Source: Planctomycetota bacterium (GTDB lineage Bacteria > Planctomycetota > UBA8108 > SXIK01). From it: a stretch of 64,000 nt of DNA. Positions 49,260-57,847 of this stretch are shown piece by piece. Made by a program: the position numbers and the translations under genes. The stretch spans positions 4,384,001 to 4,448,000 of the forward strand of contig CBDCXR010000004.1 of NCBI GenBank assembly GCA_965223845.1, given 5' to 3'. The notes under the pieces were generated by a model that did not search any database, was not told the DNA's origin, and saw nothing but the letters and a program-made list of their open reading frames with translations. Every line of letters starts with the position of its first letter. The first letter of the stretch is position 1.

Positions 49260-50339
49260 TCACCGCGGAGCATCGGTCGTCGGCTCGAGCGCCTCGGGCT
49301 CCGTCTTCCGCTGGGTGTCGCCTTCGTCGATCCGATCGATCTCACTCAAAAACGCGCCCCACGACGGGCGGACGTGGATCACCATCGGGAAGATCTGGCG
49401 GATGGTACCGCTCTTGTCGACGAGGTAAGCGGTGGTTCGGTCGTAGAGCGGCGTACCTTTCCGCTCGATATCTGCGGCGATCTTGAACGCGCGGTCGGGA
49501 AACTGGCGCGCCATCTTTCCGGCAGCCTCGATCGAGCGATCTTCCTGCGACACCGCGACGACGAGCGTATCGCGCTTCTCGAATTCACTGTAGGTCTCAT
49601 GCAGCTGGCCCAGCTGCGTCTTACAAAACGGTCACCACGACGCGCGGTAGGTCGTGATGATGATCTTCTTCTTCCCGACGTAATCAGAGAGCGCGAGCGT
49701 TCCGCTCCCGTCCGCTAGAGGAAGGTCGAAGAGCGGAGCCTTGTCCCCGATCTTCAGCTGCTTCGCGTCGACACCCCAGAACGAATTCTTCGCGTCCGCA
49801 GCCACCGCGGTGGCGCCGGCTTTCAGCGGTAGGCTGAGCCGGCGGCGATAGAAGAACTCCGCGCCGCTCGCCTTCGACTTGAAGAACGCCGTGACGATGA
49901 GCCCGATTGCATCCTCCGGCTTCGGCGACTCCTTGAGCGTGAGCTTCACCGTCGTCGCCCCTCGCTCGACGAGACGCTCGAACGGAGCTTCGAGGAACTC
50001 GTTCCGAGCGAGCTCGCGGTAGTTCGAAAGGTGTTTTCCCTCGAGCTCAACCGACGGAGGAACGTCGAGCTGGAGGATCGGCGAGTGCTTCATGCGCCGG
50101 CCGACGGGGACGCTGAGGTCATCGGGGACGTCGAGCTCGAGGACAAACTCGTACGCCTCACCGACGGTGGTCGGATCGGAGGCCCAGCGCGCCGACACAC
50201 CGACCGTGCTCTCCGCCGGCGACGCAACGGAGATGCAGCTCACCAAGATTGCACTCAGCACGAGACGACTCCTTCCGTCGACGAACGAATGCGTCGACCT
50301 CGATCCAGGGCGCTCAGTGTAACGTGCACTTGGGTCCAC
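49260..50339 (-). CDS. Selenocysteine-containing AhpC/TSA (peroxiredoxin-like) protein with signal peptide and N-terminal Ig-like domain; in-frame TGA at 49632-49634
   Basis: ORFs 49632-50339 and 49260-49553 join in frame: LKIGDKAPLFDLP...TTYRASW-U-PFCKTQLGQLHETYSEFEKRDTLVVAVSQE...TAYLVDKSGTIR. This gives a UxxC motif at the thioredoxin active-site position, and a hairpin follows the TGA. Confidence 0.9.
49601..49631 (-). promoter_or_regulatory. SECIS-like hairpin downstream of in-frame UGA
   Basis: Minus strand reads TGA-CCGTTTTGTAAGAC-GCAGCTG-GGC-CAGCTGC: a perfect 7-bp stem with a G-initiated loop 21 nt after the UGA. Confidence 0.75.
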
Positions 50340-50516
50340 TCACCCGGAATTCCGTCCCCACGTGGAAACGGTCTTCTTCTTCGCCCGAACTCGGCGCCGG
50401 GTTCGATGGGCGGAGCGGCGAGCTGCCGAAGGTCGAAGCTCGAGCTTGCGAGAATTCGAACCCCCGCGGCGGCACCTCGATCTCATCTCACCGTGAGATC
50501 GTCCGAACCCGGGCAC

Positions 50517-51512
50517 TCACGAACGATCGCGATACTCGTCGTGACATCGACCGCAGCTTCGTCGGAGGCGCTCGAGTTCGGTCGTCGCTGCCGCTCCATC
50601 GCCCTTCTCGATCGACTCAACAAGACGGCGAGATGCGTCTTCCGCCTCGACGAGCCACTCGCGGAGCTGCGCGGCGTCGCCCCGCCCGGTAAGCGCGCGA
50701 ACCGCTTCGTGAAACCCCTCACGGAGAAGCAGTGCTTCGTGAGCCGGCGCGATGTCGGGATGTTCGGAGGGACGCTCCCATCCCGCCCGGCGGGAGAGCT
50801 TCAGGTGTTCGAACGCGCGGTCCACCTGGGCCATCGCGGCGGCGACGGAGTCGACCGGAGCGACCTCGACGAGATCGGGAAGCTCTTCGCTGGCATCGAG
50901 TGGACGAAACCCTTCGACGTCGCGCCACAGTCCGAGGTACTCCCGGCTCGTACCCGCGAGCTCGAGAACGTCGAGAGTATCGTGCGTTTCGAGATCGCCC
51001 GAGGCGACGCCCGCCACCGCCGCGGCGGCCGGCGCGCGATTCGTGCCGTGGTGACAGTGAATGTAGAACGGCGCCTCCGCATCCCGAACGAGACGGGTGA
51101 GCGCCCGCGCCGCTCGGCGATCGATTCCGTCGTAGCCGATCGGAATGTGCACGTAGCGTAATCCGCGCGCGCGGGCCGACTCGACGTCCGGCCGCGCTCC
51201 GTCGACGCTCACGATGGTCTTCACACCGAGCCGCTCGAGCTCGGAGTAGTCCGCATCTCCGCGCGGCTCGCCGCCCGAGTAAATTCCGCCGGAGACCTGC
51301 AGCAGATTCTGGATGCTCGAGCCGCTCAGCGCCCGGGGCGTCGGCGCCGGCAACTCGCCCTCCGGCACGGTCGGACATTCGTACGGATCGGACGGACGCG
51401 GGGGGCGCACAGCGCAGCTAGGAACGAACCCTGCCGCCCCGATGATCGCGATCACCAACCACGTCAAAGCGGATTCAGTGCCGCCGCGCCTTTGCCGGCT
51501 GTTCCCGTTCAT
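50517..51512 (-). CDS. Lipoprotein: CX5R phosphatase/sulfurtransferase-fold domain fused to C-terminal cytochrome c'-like domain
   Basis: Lipobox-like VPSC, IYSGGEP, LGVKTIVSVD, YVHIPIGY and P-loop HCHHGTNRA. Helical C-terminal domain ending SCGRCHDEYRD (CxxCH). Confidence 0.8.
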   Translation of the reverse strand: MNGNSRQRRGGTESALTWLVIAIIGAAGFVPSCAVRPPRPSDPYECPTVPEGELPAPTPRALSGSSIQNLLQVSGGIYSGGEPRGDADYSELERLGVKTIVSVDGARPDVESARARGLRYVHIPIGYDGIDRRAARALTRLVRDAEAPFYIHCHHGTNRAPAAAAVAGVASGDLETHDTLDVLELAGTSREYLGLWRDVEGFRPLDASEELPDLVEVAPVDSVAAAMAQVDRAFEHLKLSRRAGWERPSEHPDIAPAHEALLLREGFHEAVRALTGRGDAAQLREWLVEAEDASRRLVESIEKGDGAAATTELERLRRSCGRCHDEYRDRS

Positions 51513-51692
51513 TCACTTTCGGCCAGTCATCCCTGCTCTCCCCCACGGCTGCCGTCCACAGTGGACTCGATTAGATTGGGGTGAAATCGCGGCATTTCAA
51601 GCCGGTCGGGCGCACAACGAGCAAGAGATCTCGAATTTGCGAGCGATGTTCGCGGTCCCGCTCCAGCAGGATCGAGAGGGCTCGGCGCGAAC

Positions 51693-53354
51693 TCACTCGA
51701 TCGCCGCGGCGTGCCGGCGCGCGCGGGGATCTCCGGCCGCCTGGATCACTCCCGTTTCGTGATCGATGAAGATCATCACGGGATGCGCGATCGGGCCGCG
51801 CGTCCGGCTGACGATGTGTCCGCGCCCCGAGAGCTGCGTTTCGATTTCGCCATCGATCGAATCCTGAAGCCGCAGCTCACCCGCTCCGACGAAGGCCGCC
51901 TCCCGGTCGGGATTCGGGTCGAACGAATCCTGGTGGTGCGACGTGCTGAACCGCGCCGCCGTCACCGCCTCGCTCGGCGCCATGCCGAACTCGATGTGAT
52001 TGAGGAGGACGTTGAGCGTCGTTTGGTCTTGGAGGTCACCTCCCGCGACGCTGATGGCGATGACCGGCTTTCCATGTTTCGTCACGAGGGTCGGAGTCAG
52101 TGTGATCCTCGGACGTTTTCCGGCCTCGACGCGGTTGGGATGCCCCCGCGTCGTGTTCAGGCTGCGCACGCGGTTCCCCTGAACGACTCCGGACGGTCCG
52201 GGCTGATTGCCCGCGAGGTTGCAGCTCGGCGTCGCGGCAACGACGTTTCCCCAGCGATCTGCGACCACACAGGTTGTCGTGTCGACGACCGGGATCCCCT
52301 TCGCCGCCTTCTCCTTCGTCTCGCGGACGAGGAGTGCCCTCATGCGCCGCGGGTCGCCCGGCCGGCGCTCGAGCGACGCTCGCTTCGGGTCGATCAGGCC
52401 GCGCCGGAGCTTCGTGTACTCATCGGAAAAGAGCTCGGCGAGCGGAACGTCGACGAACTTCGGGTCGCCGTAGTATTCGTCGCGATCCGCGAATCCCAGC
52501 TTGAGCGATTCGGTAAGGAGGTGAATGTAGTCAGCGGATAGATGCCCCGCCCGGCGAAGATCGAATCCCTCGAGGAGCCTGAGCGTCTGGCAGAGGACGG
52601 GGCCTTGCGTCCAGGTGCTGCACTTGTAGACCGTGTAGCCGCGGTAGTCGATCGAGACCGGATCCTCGACGACCGTCTCGTGCGCTGCGAGGTCCTTCTT
52701 CCGAAGAAGCGCACCCTCGCGGATGTACCAAGCCTCGAGCTCGTCCGCGACATCGCCCTTGTAGAATCGATCACGCGCGGCGATGAGCTTTTCTTCCCGG
52801 GATCCCGTCGCCTTCGCTTCGGCTTCGACGAGCTTGCGCAGAGTCACCGCGAGATTCGGGTACCAGCCTTTTCCGCCCCGATCGAGGAGCTCGAGAGTCG
52901 GCGCGACGGCTTCGGCGAAGCTCTTCGTCCCGTAGAGACGGAGCGCGGTCACGCAGAGGTCGATCGCGCCGGGGACCGGAGCCGCCTTCATGCTGCCGCG
53001 CGCCGGGATCGTATTCTCGTAGAACCACGCGATCGCCTGCGGGTCGAGCGGCGCGCGTCCCGCTCCGGACAGCACTTTCACCTCCCGTTTCTTCGCGTCG
53101 TAGATCATGAACGGGATTTCGCCGCCGATGGCGAACCAGCCGTAGTCCGTGACGGCGAGAGCGAGCAAGGTCGCGGCGGCCGCGTCGGCGGCGTTGCCAT
53201 CCGACTCGAGCAATCTCAGCCCGGCGAGGGCCGCGTCGTGTCCGCCGGTGGCGACCGCACCTCCCTTCCCGGCTGCGTTCCAGGTGAGGTCGCGAGAAGA
53301 GACGGTCACTCCGGGACAGAGACATACGATCAGTAGAACGAGCGAACGTCGCAT
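51693..53354 (-). CDS. ggt: Gamma-glutamyltransferase family protein (secreted)
   Basis: GNAADAAAA, RDRFYKGDVA, FADRDEYYGDP, DTTT (Thr nucleophile), PRITLTP, GGDLQDQ and AGDPR. Start at ATG 53354 with RBS GGAGG. Confidence 0.88.
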   Translation of the reverse strand: MRRSLVLLIVCLCPGVTVSSRDLTWNAAGKGGAVATGGHDAALAGLRLLESDGNAADAAAATLLALAVTDYGWFAIGGEIPFMIYDAKKREVKVLSGAGRAPLDPQAIAWFYENTIPARGSMKAAPVPGAIDLCVTALRLYGTKSFAEAVAPTLELLDRGGKGWYPNLAVTLRKLVEAEAKATGSREEKLIAARDRFYKGDVADELEAWYIREGALLRKKDLAAHETVVEDPVSIDYRGYTVYKCSTWTQGPVLCQTLRLLEGFDLRRAGHLSADYIHLLTESLKLGFADRDEYYGDPKFVDVPLAELFSDEYTKLRRGLIDPKRASLERRPGDPRRMRALLVRETKEKAAKGIPVVDTTTCVVADRWGNVVAATPSCNLAGNQPGPSGVVQGNRVRSLNTTRGHPNRVEAGKRPRITLTPTLVTKHGKPVIAISVAGGDLQDQTTLNVLLNHIEFGMAPSEAVTAARFSTSHHQDSFDPNPDREAAFVGAGELRLQDSIDGEIETQLSGRGHIVSRTRGPIAHPVMIFIDHETGVIQAAGDPRARRHAAAIE

Positions 53355-53556
53355 TGCGGCACCTCCACGATCGAGTCGACGATTCCAACGCTTCCACCGT
53401 ACCCGACCTACGATACCGAAGCCGAGACGCGGGCGAAACTCGACGGTCCCCTCCGAAGCGCCAAAGAAACTCGGGCGAAAACGCGTCGGTCGGGCGTGCC
53501 CGTTTAGCGTCTTCGCTCGAGCTTTTTGAGCGTCGCCGGCGAACGTCCAGCCGCGC

Positions 53557-56103
53557 TCACGCGCACGGAGTCGACTGCGCACAGTCGATCGAATCGGGCG
53601 TCGGGTCCTTTCCGCATCGCTCGAACGGATCTGCCGGCGCAGGACCGTCGGCGAAGAGAAAATTGAGAAGCACGATCGGGTCGGTGATTCCGATCCCGCC
53701 GCTGTCGTCGACGTCTGCGCTCTTCGCGCAGATCGGGCGTTCTCCCCCCGCGAAGAGATACTGGAGCGTCGCGAGCGCATCGGCGAGATCGATGGCGGCA
53801 TCTGCGTTCGCATCGCCTCGTCGAAACGAATTCGCTTCACAGGATCCGAACCCGGCGGCGAACGTGTCCGCATCGATCTCGAACGTCGACGCGTTCGATC
53901 CGGTGACCGCCCAGATTTCGTCTCGGCCGTCGCCGTCGAAATCGGCCACCGCGAGGGCGGAGCTCCTCGTCCGCGCGCCGCCGAGACGCGCAGAAGCGGT
54001 GAAGCAGCCCGTACCATCTCCCAAGTACGCACGAAACGAGGCGGAGTACCGAGGCGGATCGCCACTGACGACCAAATCGAGCGATCCGTCCCCATCGAGA
54101 TCACCGGTCGCGAGCGTCGGCTGCGATTCCGGGCCGGTTCCTCCGACGGCGAATCGCACGGAAAACTCGCCGCCGCCGTCGTTCGACAGGATCGCAACGA
54201 ATCCGCTCGACGCGGCCGTCGGATGCGGACCGGGTCCCGCGTATCCGAGATCGACGGTACCGTTTCCGTCGACATCGACGGCGACCAAGCGGGCGCCTAC
54301 CGCGGTGTTCTGACCGAGTACCGAAAGCCCATCGACGTCCGGACACCGGGGAAGCGAAAACGTCCCGTCGCCTTGTCCGAAGAGGAGACTCACCGAACAC
54401 GGAGCGATCGTGCCGCCGAGTGCGAGGTCGACTAGCCCATCGCCATCGAAATCCGCCGCGACGAGGTCCCGGGGACGGGGATAGTGTCGGGCGTCCGTCG
54501 CTACCGGAGCCGGAATCGCCGCGAAGCGTCCCGCGTTTCTCAGCGCGCGGCGCTCCACGTCGACGATGACGACGCCGTCACCGCTCAAGAGCGCGAGGCC
54601 GAGAGACGCTCGGCCGGCGAATCGCGCCGAAGCGATCGCGTCTACCAGGCCGACGTCGGAAAACGGAGTAAACGTAGTCAACGGAGGTTCGTCGCCGCCC
54701 CAGAGAACGCCGTCCTCGAGCACGATCTCCACTCGACCGTCTCCGTCGAGGTCGGCCACGGCGAGCGCGTCGCTTCGCTGATCGCGAAGGAGAATCGGTG
54801 CGAGAACGCCGTCGCCGAGGTTTCGAAAGAGCACGATTCGATCACCGGAGGATACGACGTCGACGAGGCCGTCGGCATCGAAGTCGAGCGACTCCGCGCG
54901 ATCGAGTGGACCGGGAACGGCGACGTCGGTGAAACTCCCGTCGCCCGGATTTTCGAGCACGAGGATGCTCTCTACGGTCCCTGCGGCGAGCAACACGTCG
55001 GTGTCACCGTCTCGATCGATGTCGCTCGCGTGAACGTCCATCGCGCCCGGGGCGAATCGGCGAAGCGGATCCCCCGCTTCCGCCTCGGCGCCCCAGGAGA
55101 CCCACGTCACGTCGGTGGCCGCGACGATGATCTCCGCTCGATCGTCGCCGTCCAAGTCGGCTGCTGTCACTGCTCGAGGGAAGGCGTCGATCGGATTTCT
55201 CGACGTGACGACGAACTCCCCTCGGACGTTGGTGAAGCGAATGACGTCTCGTCCTCCTCCGATTCGATCGCCGATGACCACGACGTCCGGGGCGAGATCG
55301 CGATCGAGGTCGCCTGCGAAGAGAGCGCCTCCCACGAGACTCCTGCTCTCCGGCACGGCGACTCGCCGAAACCTCGAGAGAACGCCTCGATCGTTTTCCA
55401 CGACGAAGAACTCTGCGCCTCCGCCCACGACGATCAAATCGTCGTCGCCATCGCGATCCACGTCGGCCGCACGAACCGAGCGCGGGCAGCAGTCCGGCGA
55501 TCGAACGGATCCGGTTCGATCGAACGACCGCTCGGCGGACCCGAAGAAGATCACCCCATCGCGATTCCGGCGCGAGAGCACGACGTCGGCGATTCCGTCC
55601 GAATCGACGTCCGTCGTGGTGAGCGTGAGGGCGCTCGCAACCGATTCGCCCCTGATCACGGAACGCGGCTCTTCAGGAAACGTTCCGTTTCGATTCTCGA
55701 GAACCATGAGGCGGTTCTCGGAGGTTCCGTCCTCAAGGCGGAATCGACTGACGAAGACGATGTCGCCGTCCCCATCACCGTCGACGTCGGCGCTCGCGAC
55801 CGCGGGAGGCGCGGTCAACTCTGCGCTGTGCTCGGAGAGGAGACAGTACTCGCCGAGCTCGTACGAAACGGCGGCGATTCGCCCGGCGAAGACGTCGACC
55901 GCCACGAGATCCGTGGCTGCGTCGCCGTCGAAGTCTGCCGTCACGAATCCAGACTCGATCGAACCTGCGAAGGCGTACGGTGATCGAGGAGAGAACGGTC
56001 GCGGAACACGCTGGCGTTCGTCCCCAAGCGTTGTGTGCCCCGAAAGGGCGACGATCAAACCCACCACGAACCCGAATCCACCGACCTGCATCGAAGTCGC
56101 CAT
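53557..56103 (-). CDS. Secreted FG-GAP/VCBS repeat protein with C-terminal dockerin-like domain
   Basis: More than 10 (A/G)DxDxDGxxD repeats. Tail FRRGDANADAAIDLADA...C..SADVDDSG...DPFERCG. Confidence 0.85.
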   Translation of the reverse strand: MATSMQVGGFGFVVGLIVALSGHTTLGDERQRVPRPFSPRSPYAFAGSIESGFVTADFDGDAATDLVAVDVFAGRIAAVSYELGEYCLLSEHSAELTAPPAVASADVDGDGDGDIVFVSRFRLEDGTSENRLMVLENRNGTFPEEPRSVIRGESVASALTLTTTDVDSDGIADVVLSRRNRDGVIFFGSAERSFDRTGSVRSPDCCPRSVRAADVDRDGDDDLIVVGGGAEFFVVENDRGVLSRFRRVAVPESRSLVGGALFAGDLDRDLAPDVVVIGDRIGGGRDVIRFTNVRGEFVVTSRNPIDAFPRAVTAADLDGDDRAEIIVAATDVTWVSWGAEAEAGDPLRRFAPGAMDVHASDIDRDGDTDVLLAAGTVESILVLENPGDGSFTDVAVPGPLDRAESLDFDADGLVDVVSSGDRIVLFRNLGDGVLAPILLRDQRSDALAVADLDGDGRVEIVLEDGVLWGGDEPPLTTFTPFSDVGLVDAIASARFAGRASLGLALLSGDGVVIVDVERRALRNAGRFAAIPAPVATDARHYPRPRDLVAADFDGDGLVDLALGGTIAPCSVSLLFGQGDGTFSLPRCPDVDGLSVLGQNTAVGARLVAVDVDGNGTVDLGYAGPGPHPTAASSGFVAILSNDGGGEFSVRFAVGGTGPESQPTLATGDLDGDGSLDLVVSGDPPRYSASFRAYLGDGTGCFTASARLGGARTRSSALAVADFDGDGRDEIWAVTGSNASTFEIDADTFAAGFGSCEANSFRRGDANADAAIDLADALATLQYLFAGGERPICAKSADVDDSGGIGITDPIVLLNFLFADGPAPADPFERCGKDPTPDSIDCAQSTPCA

Positions 56104-56339
56104 AGCTCGATTGGACCTCTACCCAATCTCGGCGGAAGGGAGCAGGGGGAGTCGGAAGGTCGAAGGCTGCGAATCTGTCGAGGCTCCGGAAAGCGGCGAA
56201 GTGTCGAATCGCGGTTCTCGGACAGATTCGTCGCGGTAAACGTGCGAACCACCGCGAAAGTTCCGCCGAGTACGAGAAAACTGGATCGCACCCACTGGGG
56301 CCCCGGCTGGAACGTCTTCGGAGCCGTGCGGTGTCGGGG

Positions 56340-57785
56340 CTACTGCGGGGTCGGAGCGCTCGGCGAAGCCGGCTGCGGCCGGAGCTCGAGCCTTGCGTAA
56401 CGGAGAGAGCCCCCGTGACTCGTTCGTCCGAAGAGATCCACGGTCGTGGACGGCGAAGAGCCTCCGCGCGGCGCGGCCGTGAAGAAGCGCACGAACGGAT
56501 CTTTGAGCGGAATGCGATCGAACTCGACGCCCGTCTCCGCGTCGGCTGCAGCCTCCCCGAGTGCGGCATGATAGTTCGCAAGGGAACCATCGCCCTCACG
56601 GGTCCCCGCCACGATGAGATGGAGCCGCTCTCCCGGACTCACGTGAAAGCGCGCCCATGTCGGCCGAATTCCGCCGACCCCGCGCTCTCCACCGGCTAGC
56701 GTCGCCCGGCGCTCAACTGCGCCGTCGCGGATCAACGCGTAACGAAGCGAGATCACCGACCGCTTCGCCGGAAAATGCGCGGCGCGGATATGCGCGTCGG
56801 CGTAGGGGTCTTCGAGGTAGAGCGCGTGCGCCGCGCCCGTCGCGTCGACGTGGAGATCGAGGTTTGCAATATGACCTCCCGTGGCATCGACGTTCGCGAT
56901 CTCGATCGGCTTTGCGAATCGAGTCTTCTCGACATCCGTCGCCGAGGTGTAGAACAGCCGGCGAAACACGTAGTCCCACTTTCGCCCCGTGTTCTCAGCC
57001 TTGAGCTTTCGCCACGCTTCGACCGGCTCCACGATATCGCCGATCGCGAGCACGTGTGCCGCGCGGTTCCGCAGCACGACTTGCGGGTACGCCGCGCGAA
57101 TCGGAAACACGATCGCCGGACGTGAGATCCACTTCCCGCTCGGCTGCCGCCACGAGACGTGCTGCGCGCTCGTCTGGGCGTCGATGTGAAGGAGAAGGAC
57201 CTCACCCCGCGGAGCGTCGACGGCGAGGCCTCGGTACGAATGATCCGTGAACGTCGGCGCCGGGGAGCTCGGCCACGCGGGTCGCTCCGTCGCGAACGCC
57301 CCGAGCGAGCCGTTCGGCGGAAACCGTACGATCTCTGGTCGACAGCGCCCGTACCACTTTCCCGGCGGCTCGAGGGAGGGATTCACCGAGAGGACGAGCG
57401 TGCCGTCGCCGAGAAGACCGATCGGACAAGGCTCGCGCTCGCGGTAAGCGTTCGCTTGCGCGACGCGCTTCCACTCGCCGGCGCTGCCCCGCCAGACTTG
57501 CCAGCGCGTGTTACAGAGCGGCGGAACGTCGACTCCGGTCTCGATCGCGCTCACGAACACATCGCCGTCACGGCGGACGACGAGGGGCGAACCGTAACAC
57601 CACAGCGGACCGGCGCCGTTGCCCGCCGCGGTGTAGATCGTAACGACGTTCTCGACTAGGACCTCGGGACGGAGATCCGACGCTCGAGGCTCGGACTCAG
57701 CGCAGACGAGCGCCGCGGCGATGCAGCAGGCGATCATCATTCGGATGGGATACCGGCTCTTCACGCGTGTTCCTCCGATCCGCAT
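56340..57785 (-). CDS. Secreted hypothetical protein (possible BNR/sialidase-like propeller)
   Basis: Signal peptide. Contains NGAGPLWCYGS, CNTRW, REPCP and WDYVFRRLFYT. Start uncertain (57785 or ~57746). Confidence 0.65.
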   Translation of the reverse strand: MRIGGTRVKSRYPIRMMIACCIAAALVCAESEPRASDLRPEVLVENVVTIYTAAGNGAGPLWCYGSPLVVRRDGDVFVSAIETGVDVPPLCNTRWQVWRGSAGEWKRVAQANAYREREPCPIGLLGDGTLVLSVNPSLEPPGKWYGRCRPEIVRFPPNGSLGAFATERPAWPSSPAPTFTDHSYRGLAVDAPRGEVLLLHIDAQTSAQHVSWRQPSGKWISRPAIVFPIRAAYPQVVLRNRAAHVLAIGDIVEPVEAWRKLKAENTGRKWDYVFRRLFYTSATDVEKTRFAKPIEIANVDATGGHIANLDLHVDATGAAHALYLEDPYADAHIRAAHFPAKRSVISLRYALIRDGAVERRATLAGGERGVGGIRPTWARFHVSPGERLHLIVAGTREGDGSLANYHAALGEAAADAETGVEFDRIPLKDPFVRFFTAAPRGGSSPSTTVDLFGRTSHGGSLRYARLELRPQPASPSAPTPQ

Positions 57786-57847
57786 TGTAGCGCCTAGCTC
57801 GCGGACACAAGTCCTGCGAAGCTCGATTCGAGAAGCGTCGCGACCGA

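Noticed and set aside
50340-51695. The TGA stops of ggt (51693) and the CX5R protein (50517) are in frame with the next gene downstream.
   Set aside because: A second in-frame stop occurs in each spacer, the spacer translations are not protein-like, and the downstream genes have their own signal peptides.
53355-54275. N-terminal extensions in the ORF track (860-aa GGT, 747-aa MFP, 615-aa ORF at 56340-58187, 1236-aa ORF from 12274).
   Set aside because: The extensions overlap neighbouring real genes and are Arg/Ser-rich noise. Internal starts with an RBS, signal peptide or stop-start overlap fit better.
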